From: an uncultured Anaerolineales bacterium
Lineage (GTDB): Bacteria; Chloroflexota; Anaerolineae; CG2-30-64-16
Direction: 5' to 3'
NCBI GenBank assembly: GCA_964647255.1
Contig: CAZYGI010000005.1
Coordinates: 624-64,623, forward strand
Length of the DNA stretch: 64,000 nt
The notes beneath the pieces are model-generated. The model did no database searches. It saw only the letters and a list, made by a program, of their open reading frames with translations, and was not told the origin of the DNA. Position 1 is the stretch's first letter; the number at the start of each line of letters is the position of its first letter. Positions 8,233 to 16,925 of this stretch are shown one piece after another. Made by a program: the position numbers and the translations under genes.

Positions 8233-10518
8233 ATGTCACGATACATTGCCACGCGCGCCATCCGCGGCGCGAACTTGATTGTGCAAGAAGCTGAGGCGCT
8301 GCTCAACAAGGCCCTGAAGGAAAAGGGGCCAGAGACGCCGGTGGCTTTCCCGAATACCGCCTACTATCTGCCGGTCATTCTCGGCTTCACCGGCCGCGAA
8401 ATCACCAAGCTGGGTGAGCTGGTCCCCGTGCTGGCGCACGCCAAGGATCTGTTGCACCCCGTGCCGTCGGCCCAATGCTGGACCCCCTACCTGGGCGAGA
8501 CGCTCGATTCCGGCTCCGCGACACTGCTGGCAGCCGAGATCATTGAGGCGGTGCGCTTCGTCTACGGCGAGGAACCGGGCTCGATCGCTGGCTTCCATGG
8601 CGCGGACGGCAGCTTCACCAGCCCTGACATGGCCGGCGGCAACGGCAACGGTGCGGGCCGGCTGAACGGCCCCATTGACGACATCCAGCTCCGCGCCTGG
8701 GGCATCCAACTGGTGGACGGCCGCATGCCCGGCTTCGCGGCGATCGTCGGCTGCGCCAAGAGCAACGAGGTCGCGGTCAAGATCGTGCGCGAGCTGCAGA
8801 AGCGCAACATTCTGATCTTCCTCTGCGGCAACGTGAACGGCCGCTCCGTCATCCACCAGCTCATGGAGGAAGGCGTCGAGATGGGCTACGACACCTACAT
8901 CGTGCCGTTCGGCCTCGACACCCTCTCCGCGATCTACCCGCTCGGCTTCGCCACCCGCTCCGCGCTTACCTTCGGCGGGATGAAGGGCGGCCAGGCCAAG
9001 GACATCCTGATCTACAACCGGCAGCGCGTGTTTGCATTCGTGCTGGCGCTGGGCGAGGTGGACGACCTGAAGTACGCGGCCGCGGCCGGCGCGATCAACT
9101 ACGGTTTCCCGGTCATCGCAGACACGCGCATCCCGCAGATCCTCCCGACGGGCGTCACCACCTACGAGCACGTTATCTCGATGCCGTTCAACGAGATCGA
9201 GGGCAAGGACGACCTGGAACGCGCCGAGAAGCTGGTGCAGAAATGCGTCGAGACCCGCGGGGTCAAGATTAAGCTGACCGAAGTCCCAATCCCGGTGCCC
9301 TACGGGTCAGCGTTCGAGGGCGAGGTCGTCCGCAAGGCCGACATGCGCGCGGAGTTCGGCGGCAAGTACAGCCGCGCGTTCGAGTACCTGCGCATGATCC
9401 CAATGGACCAGGTCGAGGACGGCAAGATCGAGGTGATCGGCCCCAGCTTCGAGGATCTGCCCGAGGGCAAGGCGATGGATATGGGCATCCTGGTCGAGGT
9501 GGCCGGCCGCAAGATGCAGGAGGACTTCGAGCCGGTGCTCGAACGCCAGATCCACTACTTCGTCAACGGCGCGTCGGGCATCCAGCACATCGGCCAGCGC
9601 GACATCACCTGGATCCGCATCAGCAAGGCCGCGGCCGAGAAGGGCTTCAACCTGAAGCACTTCGGCGAAATCCTGCACGCCCGCTTCATGGCCGACTTCG
9701 GCGCGATCGTGGACAAGGTGCAGGTGAAGATCGTGACCGAGCCGGCGCTGTTCCAGGAGTCGCTGGCAAAGGCGCGGGCGGCCTACGACTATCGCAACCG
9801 GCGCCTGGCCGACATGACCGACGAAGCGGTGGAAGAATTCTACACCTGTACGCTGTGCCAGTCGTTTGCGCCGACCCACCTGTGCCTGGTCAGCCCGCAG
9901 CGGCTGGGGCTGTGCGGCGCGTACAACTACCTGGACTGCGCCGCGAGCTACCAGATCAACCCCACCGGGCCCAATCAGCCGGTGCGCAAAGGCCGCGTGC
10001 TTGATGCCGAGAAGGGCGTCTACACCGGGCTGAACGAGATCGCCATCCAGAAGTCCAACGGCACGGTGCAAGAAGTGTCCATGTACTCGATCATGAACAA
10101 CCCCATGACCGCGTGCGGCTGCTTCGAGTGCATCGTGATGCTGATCCCCGAAGCGAACGGTGTGATGGTGGTGAGCCGCGAGGACACCAGCATGACCCCG
10201 GCCGGCATGACCTTCTCGACGCTGGCGGGCATGGCCGGCGGCGGCCTCCAGACCCCCGGCGTGATGGGCGTGGGCAAGTACTACCTGACCAGCCCGAAGT
10301 TCATCTCCGCGGATGGCGGGTTCAGCCGGGTCGTGTGGATGTCGAGCGTGCTGAAGCAGACGATGGCCGCGGAGCTGCAGGCCGTGTGCGAGCGCGAGGG
10401 CGACCCCGACCTGCTGAGCAAGATCGCGGATGAGACCATCTGCACGGACGTGGACGGGCTGCTCGCGCACCTGGAAGCGACGGGGCATCCGGCGCTGATG
10501 ATGGAGCCGATGTTCTAA
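8233..10518 (+). CDS. acsB: acetyl-CoA synthase (CODH/ACS alpha subunit)
   Basis: MSRYIATRAIRGANLIVQEAE..., CTLCQSFAPTHLCLVSPQRLGLCGA and A-cluster ACGCFEC motifs; 761 aa. Confidence 0.95.
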   Translation: MSRYIATRAIRGANLIVQEAEALLNKALKEKGPETPVAFPNTAYYLPVILGFTGREITKLGELVPVLAHAKDLLHPVPSAQCWTPYLGETLDSGSATLLAAEIIEAVRFVYGEEPGSIAGFHGADGSFTSPDMAGGNGNGAGRLNGPIDDIQLRAWGIQLVDGRMPGFAAIVGCAKSNEVAVKIVRELQKRNILIFLCGNVNGRSVIHQLMEEGVEMGYDTYIVPFGLDTLSAIYPLGFATRSALTFGGMKGGQAKDILIYNRQRVFAFVLALGEVDDLKYAAAAGAINYGFPVIADTRIPQILPTGVTTYEHVISMPFNEIEGKDDLERAEKLVQKCVETRGVKIKLTEVPIPVPYGSAFEGEVVRKADMRAEFGGKYSRAFEYLRMIPMDQVEDGKIEVIGPSFEDLPEGKAMDMGILVEVAGRKMQEDFEPVLERQIHYFVNGASGIQHIGQRDITWIRISKAAAEKGFNLKHFGEILHARFMADFGAIVDKVQVKIVTEPALFQESLAKARAAYDYRNRRLADMTDEAVEEFYTCTLCQSFAPTHLCLVSPQRLGLCGAYNYLDCAASYQINPTGPNQPVRKGRVLDAEKGVYTGLNEIAIQKSNGTVQEVSMYSIMNNPMTACGCFECIVMLIPEANGVMVVSREDTSMTPAGMTFSTLAGMAGGGLQTPGVMGVGKYYLTSPKFISADGGFSRVVWMSSVLKQTMAAELQAVCEREGDPDLLSKIADETICTDVDGLLAHLEATGHPALMMEPMF

Positions 10519-10527
10519 GCGAGATAG

Positions 10528-10603
10528 CCACGGAAGACACGGAAAACACGAAATATATTGGATGAGCCTATCTTCTTTTTCGTGGGGTCCGCGTCTTCCG
10601 TGG
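10528..10603. repeat. long imperfect hairpin (26-nt arms, 22/26 complementary) after acsB
   Basis: CCACGGAAGACACGGAAAACACGAAA ... TTTCGTGGGGTCCGCGTCTTCCGTGG. The left arm shares the 14-mer AGACACGGAAAACA with 26388-26401. Confidence 0.7.
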
Positions 10604-10610
10604 TTCTATC

Positions 10611-11093
10611 ATGCTGAAAGGCCAAATCATGCCAAACGATTCTGCCAGGATCGCGCCCGTTAAGATTCGTTTCAAGCTGTCAGATCCGACCGGCCCGGCA
10701 GGTGAAACTCTATGGGCAGAGCCGATAGCCGAGGGGCAATGTCGCCTGTTGAGTATCCCTTTTGCAGTAGATGGTTATGCGGAGGGTGACATCGTGCGTT
10801 GTGTGGAGCAGGATGGCTGGGACGAGGTGGTCGGCATGATGCAGGATGGCGGCAATGGCACGATCCGCCTCCTCTTCGGTGACGCTCAATCACCGGATGC
10901 GCAACACGTCCTGGATGAACTTGTGTCGGTCGGTTGCAGCTATGAGAGCGCAGCCCAACAGCTTGTGGCAGTAACGGTGCCTCCAACGCTTGATGTTCCT
11001 TTCTCTCAGTTGTGCAACTTTCTCAATGAGACCAGCGATGATGTCTTGCAAGGCTGGGAAATCGCGAAACGAGTGTCCAAATCAGGTCAGTAG
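10611..11093 (+). CDS. DUF4265-like protein (immunity-protein-like), lower GC
   Basis: ETLWAEPIAEGQCRLLSIPFAVDGYAEGDIVRCVEQDG...GTIRLLF resembles my recollection of the DUF4265 pattern. Not verified by HMM. Confidence 0.45.
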   Translation: MLKGQIMPNDSARIAPVKIRFKLSDPTGPAGETLWAEPIAEGQCRLLSIPFAVDGYAEGDIVRCVEQDGWDEVVGMMQDGGNGTIRLLFGDAQSPDAQHVLDELVSVGCSYESAAQQLVAVTVPPTLDVPFSQLCNFLNETSDDVLQGWEIAKRVSKSGQ

Positions 11094-11192
11094 TAGAGAC
11101 GGATTTGGTGGTGCTGGCCGACAAGACTTCGTGAACACCGCGAATAGCGGCACAACCATGATTTTGCAATCTGTAGCTTTTGTACTACACTC

Positions 11193-11528
11193 ATGACAGA
11201 GACCTCCACCCAGGTACTCGAATACCAAACTGAAGACGGCCACCAACCCTTCAGTGAATGGTTGTTGAGGTTACGCGACCGAGAGGCCTCCTACCGAATA
11301 GACGTGCGAGTAGGAAGGATACGTATGGGTAATTTCGGTGATACCAGGGCTGTTGGCAAGGGAGTGAGTGAGCTACGAATACCGTATGGCCCCGGCTACC
11401 GGGTCTACTTCGGTCGGAAGGGTGATCGAGTTGTCGTGTTGCTCTGTGGAGGCGATAAGAGTTCTCAGAGCATTGATATTCGAAAGGCGCACGAGTACTG
11501 GGCGGATTACCTGCGGAGGGCGGCATGA
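11193..11528 (+). CDS. type II toxin, RelE/HigB-like 'addiction module killer' family
   Basis: 111 aa. ...FSEWLLRLRD..A..RIDVRVGRIRMGNFGDTRAVGKGVSELRIPYGPGYRVYFGRKGDRVVVLLCGGDKSSQ; 4-nt overlap with the downstream HTH gene. Confidence 0.8.
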   Translation: MTETSTQVLEYQTEDGHQPFSEWLLRLRDREASYRIDVRVGRIRMGNFGDTRAVGKGVSELRIPYGPGYRVYFGRKGDRVVVLLCGGDKSSQSIDIRKAHEYWADYLRRAA

Positions 11529-11896
11529 GTGAACCAGCCGTAGACTATAAAATCAGACTGCTCAAGGATCTGGCTAATCCAGAGTATGCTGTTGGATATC
11601 TAGATGCAGCATTGGAGGATGGAGACCAGCAAGTCTTCCTGCTGGCGTTGCGTGACGTAGCTGAAGCCCGTGGTTTGAGCCAGGTGGCGAGAGAGGCGGG
11701 TCTGAATCGCGAGAATTTGTATCGGATTCTATCGCTCAACGGCAATCCGCAACTATCGAGTCTCACGACGCTGCTACGAAGCCTGGGACTGCGCCTCTCG
11801 ATTCGGCAAGCGGAACCGTATGCGGTGGAGGCCGATGCGCGAGCGGTGGCAGAGGAGCATGCTGAGTATAACGCTGAGAACGCAGACGATGAGTGA
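11525..11896 (+). CDS. type II antitoxin, HTH (HigA/XRE-like 'addiction module antidote')
   Basis: YLDAALEDGDQQVFLLALRDVAEARGLSQVAREAGLNRENLYRILSLNGNPQLSSLTTLLRSLGLRL. Confidence 0.8.
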   Translation: MSEPAVDYKIRLLKDLANPEYAVGYLDAALEDGDQQVFLLALRDVAEARGLSQVAREAGLNRENLYRILSLNGNPQLSSLTTLLRSLGLRLSIRQAEPYAVEADARAVAEEHAEYNAENADDE

Positions 11897-12374
11897 ACCC
11901 CTCCTCGTCCGTGATGTCATGCGTATCGGCGTGCCGACGTGCAAGCTGGGTGATTCCGTGACCGCGCTTGCCCGGCAGATGATCGAGCAGGGATGGACCG
12001 CGGTCGTCGTGATGGACGAGGACGGCGACGCGCGCGGGTGGGTCAACGAGCGGATGCTGGCGCTGGCCTATACCGTAGGTGACCGGGTGGAGGAGTTGGT
12101 TGCGGCGGACGTGATGGATGAAAATGTCCCCGACGCGCCCGCGGATATCCCGCTGGCCGCGACGGTGCAGATCATGGCGGACCTGGGCGTGGACCATCTC
12201 TTCTTCATGCACCACGCGGCAGGGAAGGCGTGGCCCGCATCGGTGCTGAACCTGCGCGACGTGGTCAAGGCGCTGGCCGGACCGGAATACCTCATAAACC
12301 AGGGGATGCACGCCGCGCGGCCGACGCCGATGGATCTGTTCCGGCAGCGGCACGGGTTGCCGGGCAAACAGTGA
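11889..12374 (+). CDS. CBS-pair domain protein
   Basis: MSEPLLVRDVMRIGVPTCKLGDSV...VVVMDEDGDARGWV...VMDENVPDAP: two CBS motifs. ATG 11889 overlaps the antitoxin stop by 8 nt. Confidence 0.75.
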   Translation: MSEPLLVRDVMRIGVPTCKLGDSVTALARQMIEQGWTAVVVMDEDGDARGWVNERMLALAYTVGDRVEELVAADVMDENVPDAPADIPLAATVQIMADLGVDHLFFMHHAAGKAWPASVLNLRDVVKALAGPEYLINQGMHAARPTPMDLFRQRHGLPGKQ

Positions 12375-12504
12375 AAACTCCCGCCCAGACCTGACCGGTC
12401 TCATACTCCTGTCAGGCCTGACCCTTTATGATGTCTTCGCGAATCGGAGTATAATCCGGCAAGCTATCTGACTTTGGTGAGAGTTACCTCAAGGGAGGAT
12501 CTTC

Positions 12505-13320
12505 TTGTCAGAACCTAACCTGAACGCGATCGTCACCTTGCGAGATGAGATTTCCCCCTGGTTGATGATCCTACGCGTCGCGGCCGACGGTTGGACGCTG
12601 CCCGATTTTGCGCCCGGACAATTCGCCGTGATCGGGCTGCCCGGCTCGACGCCGCGCTGTGCGTTGTCGGAGCCCGAAGATCCGCCGGCGGCGCCGGACA
12701 AGCTGATTCGCCGCGCCTACTCCATCGCCTCGTCGTCGCTCGCCCGCCAGTTCATGGAGTTTTACGTTGCGCTGGTGACCACCGGCAGCCTGACGCCGCG
12801 GCTGTTCAACCTGAAGATCGGCGACCGCATCTGGCTGGGGCCAAAGATCACCGGCATGTTCACCTTTGATCAAGTGCCGGCCGACGCCAACGTCGTGATG
12901 ATCGCCACGGGCACCGGCCTGGCGCCGTACATGAGCATGTTGAGCACGCACATGCTGTGCGGGGGGCCGCGCAAGGTCGCCGTCCTGCACGGGGCGCGCC
13001 ACTCGTGGGACCTGGGCTACCGATCACAACTGATGACATTACAGCACCTGTGCGCCAACTTCACTTATGTGCCGGTCATCAGCCGCCCACAGCAAGAACC
13101 TGCGCCGTGGGTGGGCGCGATAGGTTACGTGCAAGACCTGTGGCGGGATGGCGTGCTCGAACAGGCCTGGGGTTTCCGGCCGACGCCCCAGAACACGCAT
13201 TTCTTCCTCTGCGGCGCGCCGGCGATGATTGACGACACCGTGGCTTTGCTCGGGCAAGAGGGATTCAGGGAGCAGACGAAGAAGGAAGCGGGACAGATTC
13301 ATGTGGAGCGGTACTGGTGA
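12505..13320 (+). CDS. ferredoxin-NADP+ reductase-type flavoprotein
   Basis: RAYSIASS FAD motif, MIATGTGLAPYMS NAD(P) motif, C-terminal HVERYW; TTG start with GGGAGG RBS. Confidence 0.8.
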   Translation: MSEPNLNAIVTLRDEISPWLMILRVAADGWTLPDFAPGQFAVIGLPGSTPRCALSEPEDPPAAPDKLIRRAYSIASSSLARQFMEFYVALVTTGSLTPRLFNLKIGDRIWLGPKITGMFTFDQVPADANVVMIATGTGLAPYMSMLSTHMLCGGPRKVAVLHGARHSWDLGYRSQLMTLQHLCANFTYVPVISRPQQEPAPWVGAIGYVQDLWRDGVLEQAWGFRPTPQNTHFFLCGAPAMIDDTVALLGQEGFREQTKKEAGQIHVERYW

Positions 13321-13344
13321 TTAGTAGATCGGTGGACTGGTAGA
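13319..13344. repeat. 26-nt motif, 23/26 identical to the reverse complement of 6114..6139
   Basis: GATTAGTAGATCGGTGGACTGGTAGA versus rc(6114-6139) GATTAGTAGATTGGTAAACTGGTAGA. Confidence 0.85.
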
Positions 13345-13489
13345 CAAGGAAATAAGGAAACAAGTCACCAGGCATAAGCAACACTCAGCCAAAGCGGTGA
13401 AGTGTCCGCAAAGGCAGTTACGCAATACGCAGTAAGTAATCATGCAACACGAATTCACGTGTTACGCACCATGCAAAGGAGGCCCATAC

Positions 13490-14461
13490 ATGCCCGTAAA
13501 TGTCGAAATCCCCGTTGAAAAATGGCCGGGCAGCATCCGTCAAGTCACTCTGGGGGCCACTGCGGCCGACGGCGGCACGCGCAGCCATGTCGTCACGGTC
13601 GGCGGCGAGACCACCCTGCCCTTCCTGGGCTTTGAGGGCAAAGCGCCCAATCGGCCCGCCATCGCCATTGAGGTCCGTGCCATCAATCCCGCTGAGGAGT
13701 GGCCGGAGCCGCTCAGCAAAGCGTGGGGCGCAGCCATGGGCGACATCGCCGCCTGGGCCGCGGCCGCTGAAGCAGCGGGCGCCGACCTGGTCCTCTTGCA
13801 ATTGACGATGACCGACCGCACAGGACAAAAGATGACCGGCGCACAGGCGCGCAAAGCGCTGCGGGCGGTGCTCGGCGCCACCGGCCTCCCCGTGATCGTC
13901 TTCGGCATCGGCCAGGCCGAGCTGGACAACGAAATGTTGGTGGCATGCGCCGAGGAAGGCGTGGGCGAGCGGTTGGTGCTCGGTCCCTGCGAGGACAAGA
14001 ACTACCGCACCATCGTCGCCGCAGCCATGGCCCACGGCCACATCGTCACCGCCAAGACGCCGATGGATGTCAACCTGTCCAAGCAGTTGACCGTGTTGGT
14101 GCATGACATGGGTATGCCGATGGAGCGGATCATCACCGACCCAACCACCGGCGCGCTGGGCTACGGCATCGAATACGGCTACAGCGTCATGGAGCGTCTG
14201 CGGCTGGCCGGCCTGCAAGGGGATGGCATGACCCAGCAGCCGATGATCGTCACCCCCGGCGAAGAGGCGTGGCGCGCCAAGGAAGCCCGCGTGGGCGAGG
14301 GCGTGCCCGCGACCTGGGGCGATTGGGCCAGCCGGGCCGTCAACTGGGAGGCCATGACTGCGGCCGCGCTGGTCGAATCCGGCGCCGACATCGTCGTGAT
14401 GCGGCATCCGGAGGCGGTGGCGCGGGTGAAGAAGGTGATTGGCGAATTGATGGAGGCGTAA
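13490..14461 (+). CDS. acsD: corrinoid iron-sulfur protein small subunit
   Basis: MPVNVEIPVEKWPGSIRQVTLGAT... TIM-barrel CFeSP delta type; AAGGAGG RBS. Track start 13442 trimmed. Confidence 0.9.
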   Translation: MPVNVEIPVEKWPGSIRQVTLGATAADGGTRSHVVTVGGETTLPFLGFEGKAPNRPAIAIEVRAINPAEEWPEPLSKAWGAAMGDIAAWAAAAEAAGADLVLLQLTMTDRTGQKMTGAQARKALRAVLGATGLPVIVFGIGQAELDNEMLVACAEEGVGERLVLGPCEDKNYRTIVAAAMAHGHIVTAKTPMDVNLSKQLTVLVHDMGMPMERIITDPTTGALGYGIEYGYSVMERLRLAGLQGDGMTQQPMIVTPGEEAWRAKEARVGEGVPATWGDWASRAVNWEAMTAAALVESGADIVVMRHPEAVARVKKVIGELMEA

Positions 14462-14462
14462 A

Positions 14463-15830
14463 ATGGCCCTTTCCGGTCTTGACATCTACAAACTGCTCCC
14501 CGGCGGGATCAAGCCGCCGCATCCCAAGGCGAACTGCAAAGAATGCGGGTTCCCCACCTGCCTGGCGTTTGCGATGAAGCTGGCCGCCAAGCAGGCCGAG
14601 TTGGCCGCGTGCAAGTATGTCAGCGACGAGGCGAAGGGCAAGCTCTCGGCCGCGGCCGCGCCGCCGATCCGGCTGATCACCCTCTCGGCCGACGGCAACA
14701 AGGTCGAGGTGGGCAACGAGACAGTGCTCTTCCGGCACGAGAAGACCTTCATCCACCCGACCGCGCTGCTCGTCCGCGTGCCCGACACGCTGACCGAGGC
14801 CGAGATCGTTGCGCTGGCGAAGGCCGTGGCCGACTACAAGGTGGACTACGTCGGCATGGCGCTCAAGCTGAACGGCCTGGCGGTCGAGGCGGCCTCCGGC
14901 GACGCCGGCAAATTCGCCGCGGCCGTTGCGGCCGCGCGCGGGGCGTGCAGCCTGCCGCTGGTCCTGGTGACCGAAGACCCGGCGTTGATGGCCGCCGGCC
15001 TGGCGAAGGCGACCGGCGGCGCACCGCTGCTCTGTGCGGCGACCGCGGCCAACTGGGAGGCGATGGCGAAGCTGGCGAAGGATGCCAAGGCACCGCTGGC
15101 CGTGCGCGCCGACTCCGTCGCCGGCCTGGCCGAGCTGACTGAGAAGCTGGTCGCGGCCGGCGTTGAGGACCTGGTGCTCGATCCGGCCGTGCGCGGCTTC
15201 GGCGGCTCGCTGGCTGCGTTGACCCAGATCCGCCGCCTGGCGCTGAAGAAGAACTTCCGGCCGGTCGGCTACCCGGTCATCACCTTCCCCTACCTGGGCG
15301 CGGCCGACCCGGCGCTGGAGCTGCTGCTGGCGGAGCAGCAGGTCGCCAAGTACGCCGGCTTCGTCGTGCTGAGCAAATTCGACCCGGCCGCGGCCTACCC
15401 GCTGATGGTGCTGCGCGCCAACCTCTTCACCGACCCGCAAAAGCCGATCCAGGTGGAGCCGGGCGTCTACCCGATCAACAAGCCCGACGCCGACGCGCCG
15501 GTGCTCGTCACAACCAACTTCTCGATCACCTATTTCGCGGTCGCGAACGAGATGGAATCGTCCGGCCGTCCAGCCTGGCTCCTGGTCGCCGATGCGGAGG
15601 GGATGAGCGTGCTCACGGCTTGGGCCGCGGGCAAATTCGACGCCGAAAAGATCGCCAAGACGGTGAAGACCACCGGCATCGCTGAGAAGGTGAGCCATCG
15701 CAAGGTGGTGATCCCCGGCCACGTCGCGGTGCTGATGGGCGAGCTCGAAGAAGAGCTGCCCGGGTGGCAGATCAAGGTGGGGCCGCGCGAGGCAGTGGAT
15801 CTGCCGCGATTCTTGAAGACGGCGTGGTAA
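14463..15830 (+). CDS. acsC: corrinoid iron-sulfur protein large subunit
   Basis: N-terminal 4Fe-4S motif CKECGFPTCLAFAMKLA; 455 aa; starts 2 nt after the acsD stop. Confidence 0.92.
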   Translation: MALSGLDIYKLLPGGIKPPHPKANCKECGFPTCLAFAMKLAAKQAELAACKYVSDEAKGKLSAAAAPPIRLITLSADGNKVEVGNETVLFRHEKTFIHPTALLVRVPDTLTEAEIVALAKAVADYKVDYVGMALKLNGLAVEAASGDAGKFAAAVAAARGACSLPLVLVTEDPALMAAGLAKATGGAPLLCAATAANWEAMAKLAKDAKAPLAVRADSVAGLAELTEKLVAAGVEDLVLDPAVRGFGGSLAALTQIRRLALKKNFRPVGYPVITFPYLGAADPALELLLAEQQVAKYAGFVVLSKFDPAAAYPLMVLRANLFTDPQKPIQVEPGVYPINKPDADAPVLVTTNFSITYFAVANEMESSGRPAWLLVADAEGMSVLTAWAAGKFDAEKIAKTVKTTGIAEKVSHRKVVIPGHVAVLMGELEEELPGWQIKVGPREAVDLPRFLKTAW

Positions 15831-15845
15831 GAAGGAACAGTGTTC

Positions 15846-16709
15846 ATGTACAAAATCCTCGAAAAACAAGTCCTCAGCGACGTCACGAAGCTGATGGTGG
15901 TCGAAGCGCCGCATGTGGCGCGCAACGCGAAGGCGGGACAGTTCGTCATCGTCATCACCGACGCGCAGGGCGAACGCATCCCGCTCACCATCGCGGATCA
16001 TGATCCCGTCGCAGGCACGGTGACGCTCATCTTCCAGGAAGTGGGCAAGTCCACGCTGCAGATGGGCACAATGAACGTCGGTGATGGCTTTTACTCCGTC
16101 GCCGGGCCGCTGGGCCACCCCACCGAGATCGAAGAGTACGGCACGGTGGTCTGCGTGGCGGGCGGCGTGGGCATCGCCCCGATGTATCCCATCGCGCGCG
16201 ACCTGAAGCGGGCCGGCAACCATGTCATCGTGATCATGGGTGCGCGGAACAAGGAATTGCTCTTTTGGGAAGACAAGATGCGGGCGGTCTCCGATGAACT
16301 GGTCGTCTGTACCGACGATGGCTCGTACGGCCGCAAGGCGCTGGTGACGCAGCCGCTCAAGGAGCTCCTGGAGGCGCGGCCCGGCGAGATCGCCAAGGTA
16401 TGGGCCATTGGCCCGACGATCATGATGAAGTTCGTCTCAGCGACCACGCAGCCGTTCGCCGTGCCGACGATCGTGAGCTTGAACTCGATTATGATTGATG
16501 GCACCGGGATGTGCGGCGGCTGCCGTGTCGCGATGACCGACGGCGCGAAGTTCGTCTGCGTGGACGGCCCCGAGTTCGACGGCCATCTGGTGGACTGGGG
16601 CAACCTGCTCTCCCGCGTCCAGTACTACCGGGATGAGGAGCAGGCCGCCGTGCAGCATTGGCAGCGGGTGCGCGATCACGAGTGCAACCTGGAGAAGGTA
16701 CCGGCATAA
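15846..16709 (+). CDS. nfnA: NfnA/SudB-type FAD/NAD and 2Fe-2S subunit
   Basis: MYKILEKQVL..GERIPLTIADHD..GGVGIAPMYPIA..GTGMCGGCRV..CVDGPEFDGHLVDW. Confidence 0.85.
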   Translation: MYKILEKQVLSDVTKLMVVEAPHVARNAKAGQFVIVITDAQGERIPLTIADHDPVAGTVTLIFQEVGKSTLQMGTMNVGDGFYSVAGPLGHPTEIEEYGTVVCVAGGVGIAPMYPIARDLKRAGNHVIVIMGARNKELLFWEDKMRAVSDELVVCTDDGSYGRKALVTQPLKELLEARPGEIAKVWAIGPTIMMKFVSATTQPFAVPTIVSLNSIMIDGTGMCGGCRVAMTDGAKFVCVDGPEFDGHLVDWGNLLSRVQYYRDEEQAAVQHWQRVRDHECNLEKVPA

Positions 16710-16864
16710 CGAGATCCTTCGCGCTATCTTCAATCGTCTGAATGTCATGCTGAGGCACGGGCGGACCAAAGCGCTCACCCGATTTGCTGGCCCATCCGCT
16801 CAGGATGACAATCGCTTGACTTTTCTGGATTGAGTGTCGAAGCATCTCTTGATCCTCAGGATGC
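16710..16864. repeat. GTCATCCTGAG / GCGAAGGATCTCG hairpin-repeat family, copies inside the nfnA-nfnB spacer
   Basis: cgagatccttcgcgc (16710-16724), gtcatgctgagg (16744-16755), ccgctcaggatgac (16796-16809), gatcctcaggatgc (16851-16864). Confidence 0.75.
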
Positions 16865-16925
16865 TATCCTGCCTATTTCGGATGCAGAAGCTTGGGGTAA
16901 TCAAGTAACTTTGGAGCAAACACGT

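Noticed and set aside
6836-8239. 467-aa minus-strand ORF
   Set aside because: It is antisense to acsA, which has unambiguous CODH motifs. The Arg/His/Gly/Asp-rich shadow frame has no domain signature.
12375-12504. Promoter call on GAGTATAAT upstream of the FNR-type gene
   Set aside because: The -10-like hexamer has no TG extension and no acceptable -35 at 16-18 nt. The evidence is too weak to list.
14340-16223. 627-aa minus-strand ORF (similarly 9307..10488, 16800..18362, 21023..22198)
   Set aside because: These are antisense to acsC/nfnA, acsB, nfnB and cooC respectively. All are long open shadow frames created by GC3 bias in the real genes.
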